Part shown: piece after piece, positions 30,328 to 38,854 of the stretch | How positions within the stretch are numbered: position 1 is the stretch's first letter | Layout: each line of letters opens with the position of its first letter | Assembly: GCA_965197585.1 (NCBI GenBank) | Contig: OZ240215.1 | Location: 288,001-352,000 of the forward strand | Reading direction: 5' to 3' | DNA: 64,000 bases | DNA from: Dehalococcoidia bacterium | GTDB lineage: Bacteria > Chloroflexota > Dehalococcoidia > Plut-88900 | Notes under the pieces: generated by a model | The model's database searches: none | Told to the model about the DNA's origin: nothing | The model's input: the letters and a program-made list of their open reading frames with translations, nothing else | Position numbers and translations under genes: made by a program

Positions 30328-30490
30328 GACCTACCCCCGGCCAGCCGAGTCCAAAAATCGGGGGGGGGGGGGTGAACATTTGAGCTACGCCGCTATGGGC
30401 GGCGAAGCCCGAGGCGAGCGGCGCAGCGACGGCAGGGGCCGTCATGCTGCACGCCGCCTCACGTGCCTGGACCGGTCTGTCGAACGCCAT
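30230..30490 (-). CDS. Leader ORF containing a C13 tract, upstream of and overlapping the giant adhesin
   Basis: AGGGAGG RBS before ATG 30490; MAFDRPVQ...QMFTPPPPIF; tract is G13 at 30360-30372 on +. Confidence 0.45.
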   Translation of the reverse strand: MAFDRPVQAREAACSMTAPAVAAPLASGFAAHSGVAQMFTPPPPIFGLGWPGVGHDRLPASYGASTAGVSSAHDPAAHVQPVLPVR

Positions 30491-30815
30491 GTGAATGCCT
30501 CCCTCGCAACGTTTCGGATAAGAGGGACCTACGACCCTCCTCGGCTGTCCGGGCGTAGCGTGGAAGCCTGTGATTCCACCTACCTTGTCACTCTTCTTAC
30601 GCACATTCCCATGAAAACGGTAGCGGCTCTCTATCGGTTTGGTAAGTGCCTAATCACACTTTCTCGGCAGCAATTTTGTTAGCTTTTAGAGAGTGTGTTT
30701 TTGCAACTTTTTTGCTCTTTAGGCGACCGTGTGTTTGCTCTGAAAGGAATTGCACACTCTTGCGGCGACAATGTGGTTGCTCTAAGGGGGGGTGTCTCTG
30801 CAATAGGAGGAACAA

Positions 30816-30931
30816 GGCCACGGCTTCGCAAGCATGTGGGCGTACGCCGAGCGGCTGGGTGGACGCCTCATCGTCGAGCCTACGGGACCGGTCGGGGGCG
30901 CCAGCGTGACCGGAGCGGCCCGGCTACCTTC
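30816..30931 (+). pseudogene. C-terminal remnant of a sensor histidine kinase
   Basis: GHGFASMWAYAERLGGRLIVE aligns with GQGFRNMREEAERMGGRLVVE of the kinase at 53083..54300. Confidence 0.6.
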
Positions 30932-30936
30932 AGAAG

Positions 30937-31257
30937 GTGGCCGGGATGGACCAGGTCCTGGGCATGATGAAGAGCGCGGCTGCGGGCGAGATGCGTCTGC
31001 CGACAGAGGTGGTAAGGCGGGTCTTCGACAGGATTCGGAGCGGGGCGAGAGCGAAGGACGTCAACCTGACCCAGAGGGAGAGGGAGATACTCGTGTCGTT
31101 CTGCCGGGGCATGTCATACGTTGCGATCGCGGCGGCAAGGGGAGTCAAGGTGGTCACCATCCGAAACGCCATCTACACCATCCAGGTCAAGCTGGGCGTC
31201 GACTCGAAGCAGGAGATCGTGGTGTGGGCTGCGCAGAACGGGCTGCTGGATGACTGA
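30937..31257 (+). CDS. LuxR/NarL-type HTH, receiver domain largely missing (possible pseudogene)
   Basis: LTQREREIL...GMSY..IA..RG....TIRN.I..IQ.KLGVDSKQEIVVWA..NGL. Confidence 0.7.
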   Translation: MAGMDQVLGMMKSAAAGEMRLPTEVVRRVFDRIRSGARAKDVNLTQREREILVSFCRGMSYVAIAAARGVKVVTIRNAIYTIQVKLGVDSKQEIVVWAAQNGLLDD

Positions 31258-31490
31258 GGCGGCGGGCGGCTTGCGAGGGAGCGGAGCGGGGCCAGAGCGC
31301 GCCACGTCTAGTCCCAACGGCCATACATTTTTCTACCCAGTTGAGACTGAATTCATAGCTGTTGGGCCTAGCAAGGGTTGTCCTGCTGGGCGGAGGCTTG
31401 CCGTGAGGGCCGCCGAGCATGTGTTGGCTCTCGGAGTCGCTCGTGGGGTATCGGGTATCACTAACCCTTACCCAAGGACAGTAATCGCTC

Positions 31491-31865
31491 GTGAGATGCC
31501 GCAACCCCAAGGGGTGCATTGGGTGGGAATTGGTGAATCAGGACAGATCGGAGATATTAAGCTCGATGGAGCGGCACGGCGCGGAACGGGTGCTGAATCA
31601 AGAAATAGTCGAAAGATCAATGGTAATCTGGCGAATCAGGCCCCACGAAGAGATTTCGGAGACCTACGTTCGATTGGAGGAGTTTACGGCTAGCTCAGCG
31701 CGCTATGCACGGAGCGCCCTCAGGGTCATAGATCGCATTAGGAATCTTGGCAATGGGGACGACCAAGACCTTATTGCAGCGTTGAAGAAGTATGTGGAGG
31801 TTTCCGTGGTACAGATGAAGAAGGCTGATATGCACCAACTTGTCATGTTCCTAGGATCGCTATGA
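31491..31865 (+). CDS. Hypothetical protein (start uncertain, possibly a fragment)
   Basis: ORF with a plausible helical C-terminal half. Confidence 0.35.
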   Translation: MRCRNPKGCIGWELVNQDRSEILSSMERHGAERVLNQEIVERSMVIWRIRPHEEISETYVRLEEFTASSARYARSALRVIDRIRNLGNGDDQDLIAALKKYVEVSVVQMKKADMHQLVMFLGSL

Positions 31866-31898
31866 CGGTCACAGCGATAACCTCAGTGCGGATGACAT

Positions 31899-32282
31899 TC
31901 AGCCGGCGTCCTCTGGAGGATGAGTGTGAAGCTTTAGGTCCAGATGAACGCCTGGAAGTTCCTCGTTCTGGGCTACTGCATTACCACGCCACCTTTCGGT
32001 AACGGTCTGCACGAAATGGAAGGCTGATCCCCAGCCAGTGGTTGCGGCCATGGTGAGCACTCTCATCAGCTCCTCGACGGTCATGGTTACAGTGTAGGAG
32101 TCGAGTGGTGAGTCTGGGTCGATCACATCAGATGGCCCTATCGATATGTCTACCTCGACGTTGTTGTCTAGTCCTGGTTCTGGGATACCCATTGTGAGAC
32201 GTATAGTTGTGTTGGGCTCTAGCATGGCCCCCCCTTTGTGGCAAGGTTTCGTCACGTTACCATTGGAGTAGTGGGTTGACAA
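31899..32282 (-). CDS. Hypothetical protein
   Basis: ORF co-oriented with the excisionase-like gene; true start may be the ATG at about 32225. Confidence 0.45.
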   Translation of the reverse strand: MSTHYSNGNVTKPCHKGGAMLEPNTTIRLTMGIPEPGLDNNVEVDISIGPSDVIDPDSPLDSYTVTMTVEELMRVLTMAATTGWGSAFHFVQTVTERWRGNAVAQNEELPGVHLDLKLHTHPPEDAG

Positions 32283-32402
32283 GTGTTCGCTATTCTGTGA
32301 GGTGGACCCGGAATTTCGGACAGATAGGCAAGTGAGAGGACAGCTCCTATAGGAGCGATGTCCGGCAAGCCCAAAAGAGTACTCATACCAAACTAGAGGC
32401 GT

Positions 32403-32600
32403 TCACAAAACTCTTCTCGCCCTTCCTCGCCTTCCGTCGTAGGTGTTGGCAAACACTTGGAGCCGGTCAATCTCCATGACCCATTTGTTTCCGAACTTCG
32501 TGGCAGTTAGCTTGCCCTCTCGTATCAGGCGTTTCACCGTCTCTGGGTGAACATCCAGAATCTTGGAAGCCTCAATGACGTCGATGTAGTTCTCAAGCAT
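32403..32600 (-). CDS. Excisionase-like (HTH_17/MerR-type) DNA-binding protein
   Basis: IDVIEASKILDVHPETVKRLIREGKLTATKFGNKW pattern. Confidence 0.8.
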   Translation of the reverse strand: MLENYIDVIEASKILDVHPETVKRLIREGKLTATKFGNKWVMEIDRLQVFANTYDGRRGRARRVL

Positions 32601-32734
32601 CGGCCCAGCCTAGTATAATTGTTGTACTACGACATTATCATACCATGACGTGGCGACTACACATACTGGGAGCGCGACGGCGGCTCTGGCGATGGGAAGA
32701 CCGTGAATAGGGCGAACGAGAGCTAGAGGCACTC

Positions 32735-33316
32735 ATGCCAATGTCCAAACGGCGGTTGCGACGGGAGCACCGTGCAATGCAGCGTCATCTGGCCCTGCTG
32801 CGCGGGCTGATATTACTGACCGAACTTCGGCTCAGCGAGCATGATGCGGTGAAGAAGGAACTCGGCATTACGACGGTTGAGGGTAGAGAGCCGCTCCATG
32901 CCCTCCGAACCTTGCTACAGACCAAGTACATGCCAGGAGACGCGAAGGCTCGAATGCTCTTCGATGAGTTTCAGGAAATTGACCTGTACGTCACCGGTCC
33001 TCTCGAACTGTACTATTGCCTGGCGCAAGCGATGGTCGAGAGGTACCGATATCTGACGGCGGATGATCCGACTCTGTGTCATCCTGACCTCGACAGCTAT
33101 CTCATCGCAAATGCACCGGCGTTCGACGCCGTGGTGAACTTGCGCGACTGGGTACTGCATCCTGGTTACTCACGCCAGTCGGATAAGGCCGTATCGATGC
33201 TCTGGGGTGAAAACGGTGAGCCCGTGGGGGATCACCCGTATACGATGGTCGCTCGCCTATTCCAGATGTTCAGCGAGTTTATGGAGAATCTCGATGAGTT
33301 CGCTCGACGAGCTTAA
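32735..33316 (+). CDS. Hypothetical protein with HEPN-like RxxxxH motif
   Basis: All-helical-looking sequence with NLRDWVLHP. Confidence 0.55.
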   Translation: MPMSKRRLRREHRAMQRHLALLRGLILLTELRLSEHDAVKKELGITTVEGREPLHALRTLLQTKYMPGDAKARMLFDEFQEIDLYVTGPLELYYCLAQAMVERYRYLTADDPTLCHPDLDSYLIANAPAFDAVVNLRDWVLHPGYSRQSDKAVSMLWGENGEPVGDHPYTMVARLFQMFSEFMENLDEFARRA

Positions 33317-33902
33317 GGCCGTAAACCGGTCTTTGGACTCATTCAAGGCGTTGCGCGACGGAATAGGGTACTTGCGCTCCATTAGCGTCTGTTTTGAGCC
33401 GGATGAGGAATCTCAGTCTAGACTTTCCAGTCTAATGGCTGCACATGCCATGGCTGCTGACGGCACGTTCGACGCTGGTGAGGCTGATAAGTTGTCGCGC
33501 TCCTATTTTCGGATGATCGTGGCGTTACTTTACGGTCTCTTGTACGCCGCGCTTGAACACTATGAAGACTTAATTCAAACCAATTCCCAACTTAAGCACG
33601 AAGAGTTGGAGGCAACTCTGCATGATATGCATGAATGCGGTCTATTTGAAGCCCTGAGACGGGTGCGGAACGCTGTCTTCCACGTCAAGCCTAACGAGAG
33701 CATTGACAATCTCGTCGAAGAAGTGCGGAGGCTCTCTACTGAGCACCAGATCGTGATACGTAAGGTCGAGGACTTGCTCTACGAGAGCACGGAGCAAGTT
33801 TTCCGCGGAACAGAAATCTACCGCCAACCGCGCGAGACCTTGGAGCAGGCGTATGAAGAAGCACTTGCTTACTATCGAGAACATCTGGCCGATGAGGACT
33901 GA
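33294..33902 (+). CDS. Hypothetical protein with HEPN-like RxxxxH motif
   Basis: LRRVRNAVFHV; start overlaps the upstream gene. Confidence 0.6.
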   Translation: MSSLDELKAVNRSLDSFKALRDGIGYLRSISVCFEPDEESQSRLSSLMAAHAMAADGTFDAGEADKLSRSYFRMIVALLYGLLYAALEHYEDLIQTNSQLKHEELEATLHDMHECGLFEALRRVRNAVFHVKPNESIDNLVEEVRRLSTEHQIVIRKVEDLLYESTEQVFRGTEIYRQPRETLEQAYEEALAYYREHLADED

Positions 33903-34444
33903 CTCGGTCAGTCATGCGACTGCAAGTGTCTGGTTCAACCCCGGCTACGGAATCTCAGAACTCTGGAAAGCCACTCAGCGAATGGCGAGTAGGCCAGACT
34001 TCGAAGAACTGATCGACTGCCCATTGACGACATCGCACGCATCCGCGAGCATGATCTATCACGAGGTCGAGGAAACCGATGGCAACTCACCTGGCGACCG
34101 AGAAACACGTTACCATCCAGATCGACGGCGTGCGTGCTGGCAATCCGGGCTCTGGGCGGCTTGAAGGGGGCTGATACTCGGGGAGCATCGCCGCAGGCTC
34201 TGCGTTAGCTACCGTCGCACGACCAACAACCCCATGGTGAAGGCTTGGTCTACGACAGCCTCTCCCCCCCAGATCGGGCAGTAACAGACCTTGGTGGTCT
34301 CATAGGGTGCTTCTGCGGGTAGGTGAACGGCAGGTATACTGATGGTTGACTCTGCGGTACAACATTGCGTCGAGAGGAGGGACGGCATTGGCATGAGACA
34401 GCACCCTTCTGTCCGCATACGGCGTTTCTGGGGGCTACGTTTAC

Positions 34445-35260
34445 ATGGCAGCGGCTAGCAGAGTGGGGCGCTATCGCACCGGCATAGCGAACCTACTTTC
34501 AAAGTTGGTAGCGGTGGTGGGTGAGTCTGAACGGCGCCTGGATGTCACTATTGAAGGAGACGAGGCTTCTGCACGAGCAGTTCTTGAAGACGATCCGACC
34601 AATGCTATTCGCATCATGTGCGGCCTGTTGCTCCGCAAATCAAGACTGCACATGATGGCAATGCTCCGTGCCAACGAAACCGGCAACGTGCATTCGCTGG
34701 CTGTTCAGATGCGTCCCGTTCTCGAGTGCGCTGGACAGGTTGTACTCATCTTCCATAATCTGATAATCGATCCGGAACGAGGTGCGAGTGTAGTCAGTGG
34801 CTACATAAACGCAGACTACTACAGAACGGTCAAGAGGCTCACGAGGGGTGACCTCAGCCACAAAGAGCTACTCACTAGGATCTCGGAGGCAAGCGGGATG
34901 TCGGAAGAGGAGTTAGTCAAGGGCAGAGGTCTTAAGCAAGCGGATAAAGTAGCACCGCTGGAGGGGGGCGAGGGCTGGTATGGATACCTGAGCGAGCGCT
35001 TCTGTCACGGGAGGGCGAACTGGAAAGGACATTCGTGGCAGGGAGGCGTCAGTACGATGAACAGGGTTCAGGACGAGTATACCTTTGCTGGTTTGATGGA
35101 CTACTTGGTGAACCAAGTAGCAGTCATGAATGCGCACGCGGCGCTGTGCCCTGTGACAGGAGAGGTGGCACAAGAGCGCGTAGAATCCGCCCTGGCTGAA
35201 TTGAGGGAGGTGCGTGCCGCGACTAAGGCGTTGCGGGACGGTGCGGGCGGGGCTGAATGA
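34445..35260 (+). CDS. DUF5677-like / HEPN-related hypothetical protein
   Basis: MRPVLEC and WYGYLSERFCHG fit the R...E and Y..LS...H pattern. Confidence 0.5.
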   Translation: MAAASRVGRYRTGIANLLSKLVAVVGESERRLDVTIEGDEASARAVLEDDPTNAIRIMCGLLLRKSRLHMMAMLRANETGNVHSLAVQMRPVLECAGQVVLIFHNLIIDPERGASVVSGYINADYYRTVKRLTRGDLSHKELLTRISEASGMSEEELVKGRGLKQADKVAPLEGGEGWYGYLSERFCHGRANWKGHSWQGGVSTMNRVQDEYTFAGLMDYLVNQVAVMNAHAALCPVTGEVAQERVESALAELREVRAATKALRDGAGGAE

Positions 35261-35290
35261 TCTCGGGAGGGAGGAAAAGGCAAGGAAGAT

Positions 35291-35845
35291 ATGACGACTA
35301 GGGAGAGCGATCAGCGCACGCGGTGCGAACGGTATCGCGACCTACTCGGTGAGCTCGCTCGTATCCACCTGGAGATTGACGAGCCGACCCGCAAGATGCA
35401 GGAAAATGAACCTGATTGGATCGGCCGCCTACGAAAGATTTGCCTTCATGTGAGGGCGATCAATGGCTGGGAAATCGGGCCCGACGTTGAGCACGTGATG
35501 GCCACAGAGATTCGGGCAGCGTACGAACAAATGGATGTCGTATGGAAGCGCTTGCCCACCACGGTCCGGCTAGACGAGATAGACGACGACTGGTGGGCCA
35601 GGGAGGCTAGCAGCGGGATGCTCGCTACGTACGATCATCCAACGCCGCAGAGCTTGATGCTTACGGCTGGGCGTGGCGGTTTCCGCAATGACGACAGCAA
35701 CATTAAACATATACAGCTTGCCTTGTGGCTAGGCCAACTCGGTCTGGGGTATGGGCTTGCTCTCGTTCACCTATCGCAGGTGCTGGGCGGCGAAGGGGAC
35801 ATCATGGCTCGCGTGACCGCCGTGGCGAGCAAGTTTGCGGGGTAA
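35291..35845 (+). CDS. Hypothetical protein
   Basis: AAGGAAG RBS; LATYDHPT weakly resembles a HEPN-related His motif. Confidence 0.5.
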   Translation: MTTRESDQRTRCERYRDLLGELARIHLEIDEPTRKMQENEPDWIGRLRKICLHVRAINGWEIGPDVEHVMATEIRAAYEQMDVVWKRLPTTVRLDEIDDDWWAREASSGMLATYDHPTPQSLMLTAGRGGFRNDDSNIKHIQLALWLGQLGLGYGLALVHLSQVLGGEGDIMARVTAVASKFAG

Positions 35846-36072
35846 CCGTATTGGCGGTACGTACGGCGATTAGTGACAAGACTCCTTGCCTACTAATTCG
35901 ATCTCTAAGGGGAGCCAAGCTGAAACTACACCGAATCTGGCGCCACTATCGCTAAGGAGGCCAGAGCGGAGTCGGTTTCATGGGCATGAGTAGCGGCGAT
36001 GGTAGTTCTCGTTATGCTCGCGGAAGCCCAGCCCTTGGTCAGACTGTCAAGCTGAACCACATCTCGAAGATG

Positions 36073-36147
36073 GTTCTGTCTATCGTCAAGTTTGGTGGGC
36101 CGGGTAAGACTGAATTGCGAACTTTTCGGTGCGAGGTTTCTATCTGA
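36073..36147 (+). repeat. Right att junction of the integrative element fused to att arm B (reads GGPGKTELRTFRCEVSI*)
   Basis: GTTCTGTCTATCGTCAAG-TTT-GGTGGGCC-GGGTAAG-ACTGAATTGCGAACTTTT. Confidence 0.8.
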
Positions 36148-36280
36148 GGACCGCCAATCCCAGCCCAACTGAGGGAGCTCCGCGTAGGTGTGGCCCCGGA
36201 GCGTGTACAGCAGGGTCCAGTCAGTCGGATCTGCAAATGACTTTCCGAACGTCGACTGCGCTTTCCGGCAGTGTGCAGAG

Positions 36281-37366
36281 CTACCGAAATTCCTCCCTGA
36301 GCATCTCAGCCGCCAGGGACTCATTCCTGAGCTTCAAGTACGCCTCGTCGAGCGGGATATCGGCAGCGCTTCCCGGCGCGAAACCGCAGTCGGGGTGCAG
36401 CAGTACCCGCTCAGGCGCGACGTATTGGACGGCCCGCCTGACGCGGGCGGCAATCTCGTCTGGCGTGTCTATGTGGCTGCTGCGGCAGTCGACGCATCCC
36501 AGACCGATATCGAAGCGTTCTGGTATGTCGCGCAATACGGCGAAGTCGCCCGCCGCCGGTATCGCAAACTCCAACATGAGAATATTGACCTTGAGACCGG
36601 CCAAGGCTTGGAGAATCGGCTCGTATCCGCCTTCGCCGACCCATCCTGCGCGACCCTTATTGCGCCGGCACAGGTGGACCGCCAACCGGACTCCGTCTAC
36701 TCCCTTGACGACGCGGTTCAGTAAGTCGACGCAGTACGCCATCTCGGCCTGCGGGTCGTCGTAGTCCGCCCGCACCTTCGGGTCCACGAACAGGCACAGG
36801 TGAGGGTCGTCAATTTGCGCCACCGCTACCCCTTCGTCGCCTAGGGCTTTGAGCTCTTGCCGAAGCACGGGCACGAGCGCCTCTGTGAAGTCACGTCGAG
36901 TGGGATACGCGGCTATTGACAGTTCGGGGTCCCACATCCGCTCACCTATCAGGTATGGCGATGGTATGGCGACCTTGACATCGCGTCCTGTATGCAGTTT
37001 GAGGAACCCTGCCTCCCTCGCTAGCAGGCCGGGGTTTGCGACTTCGATTTTCGAAGTGACGACGTGCCACGTCTGGCGCTGTCCGAGGACTTCCTTGATG
37101 GATAGATCGAACCCGCTGCAGATATCGGCTATCACCCCAACATATGACTTTCTGCGCCATTCCCCGTCGGATATGATGTCGATGCCGGCAAGCTCCTGCA
37201 TCTGCGCGACGTATGGTATGGCGGAGTCCATCATCCGCCGAAAGTCGCCCGAAGAGCCGCCCCCTTCGACCTGTGATTCAATCAGGTCTCGCACGTATCG
37301 AGGGCGCGGCATGGAGCCGATGACGGTGGTTGGGAACAGGTCTCTTTCCATTTGGCTTTCAGGCAA
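36281..37366 (-). CDS. Cobalamin-independent methionine synthase II family (single-barrel MetE-like)
   Basis: TTVIGSMPRP, DIISDGEWRR, QIDDP, zinc ligands HLC, LEFA, PDCGF. Confidence 0.88.
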   Translation of the reverse strand: MPESQMERDLFPTTVIGSMPRPRYVRDLIESQVEGGGSSGDFRRMMDSAIPYVAQMQELAGIDIISDGEWRRKSYVGVIADICSGFDLSIKEVLGQRQTWHVVTSKIEVANPGLLAREAGFLKLHTGRDVKVAIPSPYLIGERMWDPELSIAAYPTRRDFTEALVPVLRQELKALGDEGVAVAQIDDPHLCLFVDPKVRADYDDPQAEMAYCVDLLNRVVKGVDGVRLAVHLCRRNKGRAGWVGEGGYEPILQALAGLKVNILMLEFAIPAAGDFAVLRDIPERFDIGLGCVDCRSSHIDTPDEIAARVRRAVQYVAPERVLLHPDCGFAPGSAADIPLDEAYLKLRNESLAAEMLREEFR

Positions 37367-37415
37367 GATGTCGTGCGGTTTCTCTGCTCTTGGTCGGACG
37401 TGGCTCAGGAACAGG

Positions 37416-38180
37416 TTAGATCGCGAACCGCATCCAGTCGGCGGTGGCTAGATGGTAGTCCTGGATGGTGTCGACCTCATGGTAGTCACCGGGTACTGCG
37501 ACGCAGTGTACCGGAATCCCATCTCGGATCATCCGGTCGAGTAGATGAATCACATACGCCATGCGGAAGGGTCTGCCATCTGCGATGACTTGCTCATCGC
37601 CGAGTTCGGCGTGGAGTTCGTCGTAGAATTGCAGGAACTGAGAAGCGCCCTCGGCCGTCATCTTGATCACGCCCGAATACTCTCCGGATGCCTCGTGCGG
37701 CTTGATCGTCCGTGAGACCTCCACCACGCGGACGCCGTCCACGAGAATCTTCTCGGCGTCCGACTCCGGGTGCATACTCCGAAACACATACCTTTCACGC
37801 CAACGAGTGTCCATGACGAGCGTGATGTCGTGTGGCGAATCCTGAAGCGCCTTCACTGCGTCGCCGAGGTACAGCGTGTCGGTGTATGTCGCATAGAAGC
37901 CGCGAGCCATGTGTTCACGGGCACAGACCAGGGAAGCGAGGATGTTGGTCGTGGGCCAAGTGGGATTTTCCACATAGGAGAGATTTGGGTAGGCGTCCTG
38001 AACCACGTCCATGAGATACCCGCCTACGAAGACAAACCGATCCAGACCATTCTGTCGAAACGCACTTAGCGTCCAATCGAGAATTCTGGCGCCCGCTACT
38101 TCAGTAAAGCACTTTGGTTGCGACGCGGTGAAGGGCATAAGGCGTTTGCCCCGTCCGGCCCCGAGGAGGATGACGTTCAT
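37416..38180 (-). CDS. Nucleotidyltransferase (LicC/phosphocholine or phosphonate cytidylyltransferase-like)
   Basis: ILLGAGRGKRL..T...PKC, TNILASL, GEYSG, EVDTIQD. Confidence 0.85.
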   Translation of the reverse strand: MNVILLGAGRGKRLMPFTASQPKCFTEVAGARILDWTLSAFRQNGLDRFVFVGGYLMDVVQDAYPNLSYVENPTWPTTNILASLVCAREHMARGFYATYTDTLYLGDAVKALQDSPHDITLVMDTRWRERYVFRSMHPESDAEKILVDGVRVVEVSRTIKPHEASGEYSGVIKMTAEGASQFLQFYDELHAELGDEQVIADGRPFRMAYVIHLLDRMIRDGIPVHCVAVPGDYHEVDTIQDYHLATADWMRFAI

Positions 38181-38705
38181 GCCTTTGTGTCGCTCCGTAC
38201 CGCTAGTTCCCGCTCAGACTACCGAGAAATCGAGGCGGGCGCAAATCGGACCGTCACGGGGTCGAGCGTCCGCTTCTCAGACGGGCTGATGCCGAAGGAC
38301 GGCGCAGCCTGCACCGTCCGCTCAGGACGGGGTAGCGATGCCCGCTTTCGACTCGTCGACTCCGTGCGTGGCGCTCCGTCGGGGCTGCCTTGAGAGCTCA
38401 CGGTCTCCAGCGAGCGGTACGAGAGTTCGAACACCCACGTCGGTTCACACCAGAGGCGAAGGTCCCTGCTTGCGAGCGGGCCCTGGACTCCACGGCGACA
38501 GAGCGGTCGCTGAGATTCCGTTCAACGCAGAACCTCCCCGTCCGAACAGCTCCCAGACGCTGGAGGTGAGGATCAGAACGGTGTCAGGACGACGCCTGTA
38601 GTCATACTCCGCTATGGGCTCTCAGCCGGTTCGTAGAGTGACCGGCGCCGTCGGGCCAGACCTTGGCGGACCACGCCGAACCTGCGACCGTCGTGGAGGG
38701 GTGAT

Positions 38706-38759
38706 GGTGGGCCTAAGAAGACTGAATTGCGAATTTTTCGGTGGGAGGTCCTCATATAA
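38706..38759 (+). repeat. att-like arm C (reads GGPKKTELRIFRWEVLI*)
   Basis: GGTGGGCC-TAAGAAG-ACTGAATTGCGAATTTTTCGGTGGGAGGT, collinear with 36094-36147. Confidence 0.75.
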
Positions 38760-38854
38760 GAGTCGGTCAGCCGACTCCAGATAAGTCCCCACGAGCCTCT
38801 GCTGGCGCAGGGCTGGACCGCGACTGCAGTGGGTGAGGCCCTGAGCAAGCATGC

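Larger units (their letters stand above)
11571..36101. mobile_element. Integrative (ICE/IME-like) element, ~24.5 kb, driven by a large serine recombinase
   Basis: Direct repeat GGTGGGCC at 11571-11578 and 36094-36101 with internal inverted arms. Integrase at the left end; pilin, VirB6-like, PrgI-like and excisionase-like genes inside; core visibly more GC-rich than the flanks. Confidence 0.75.
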
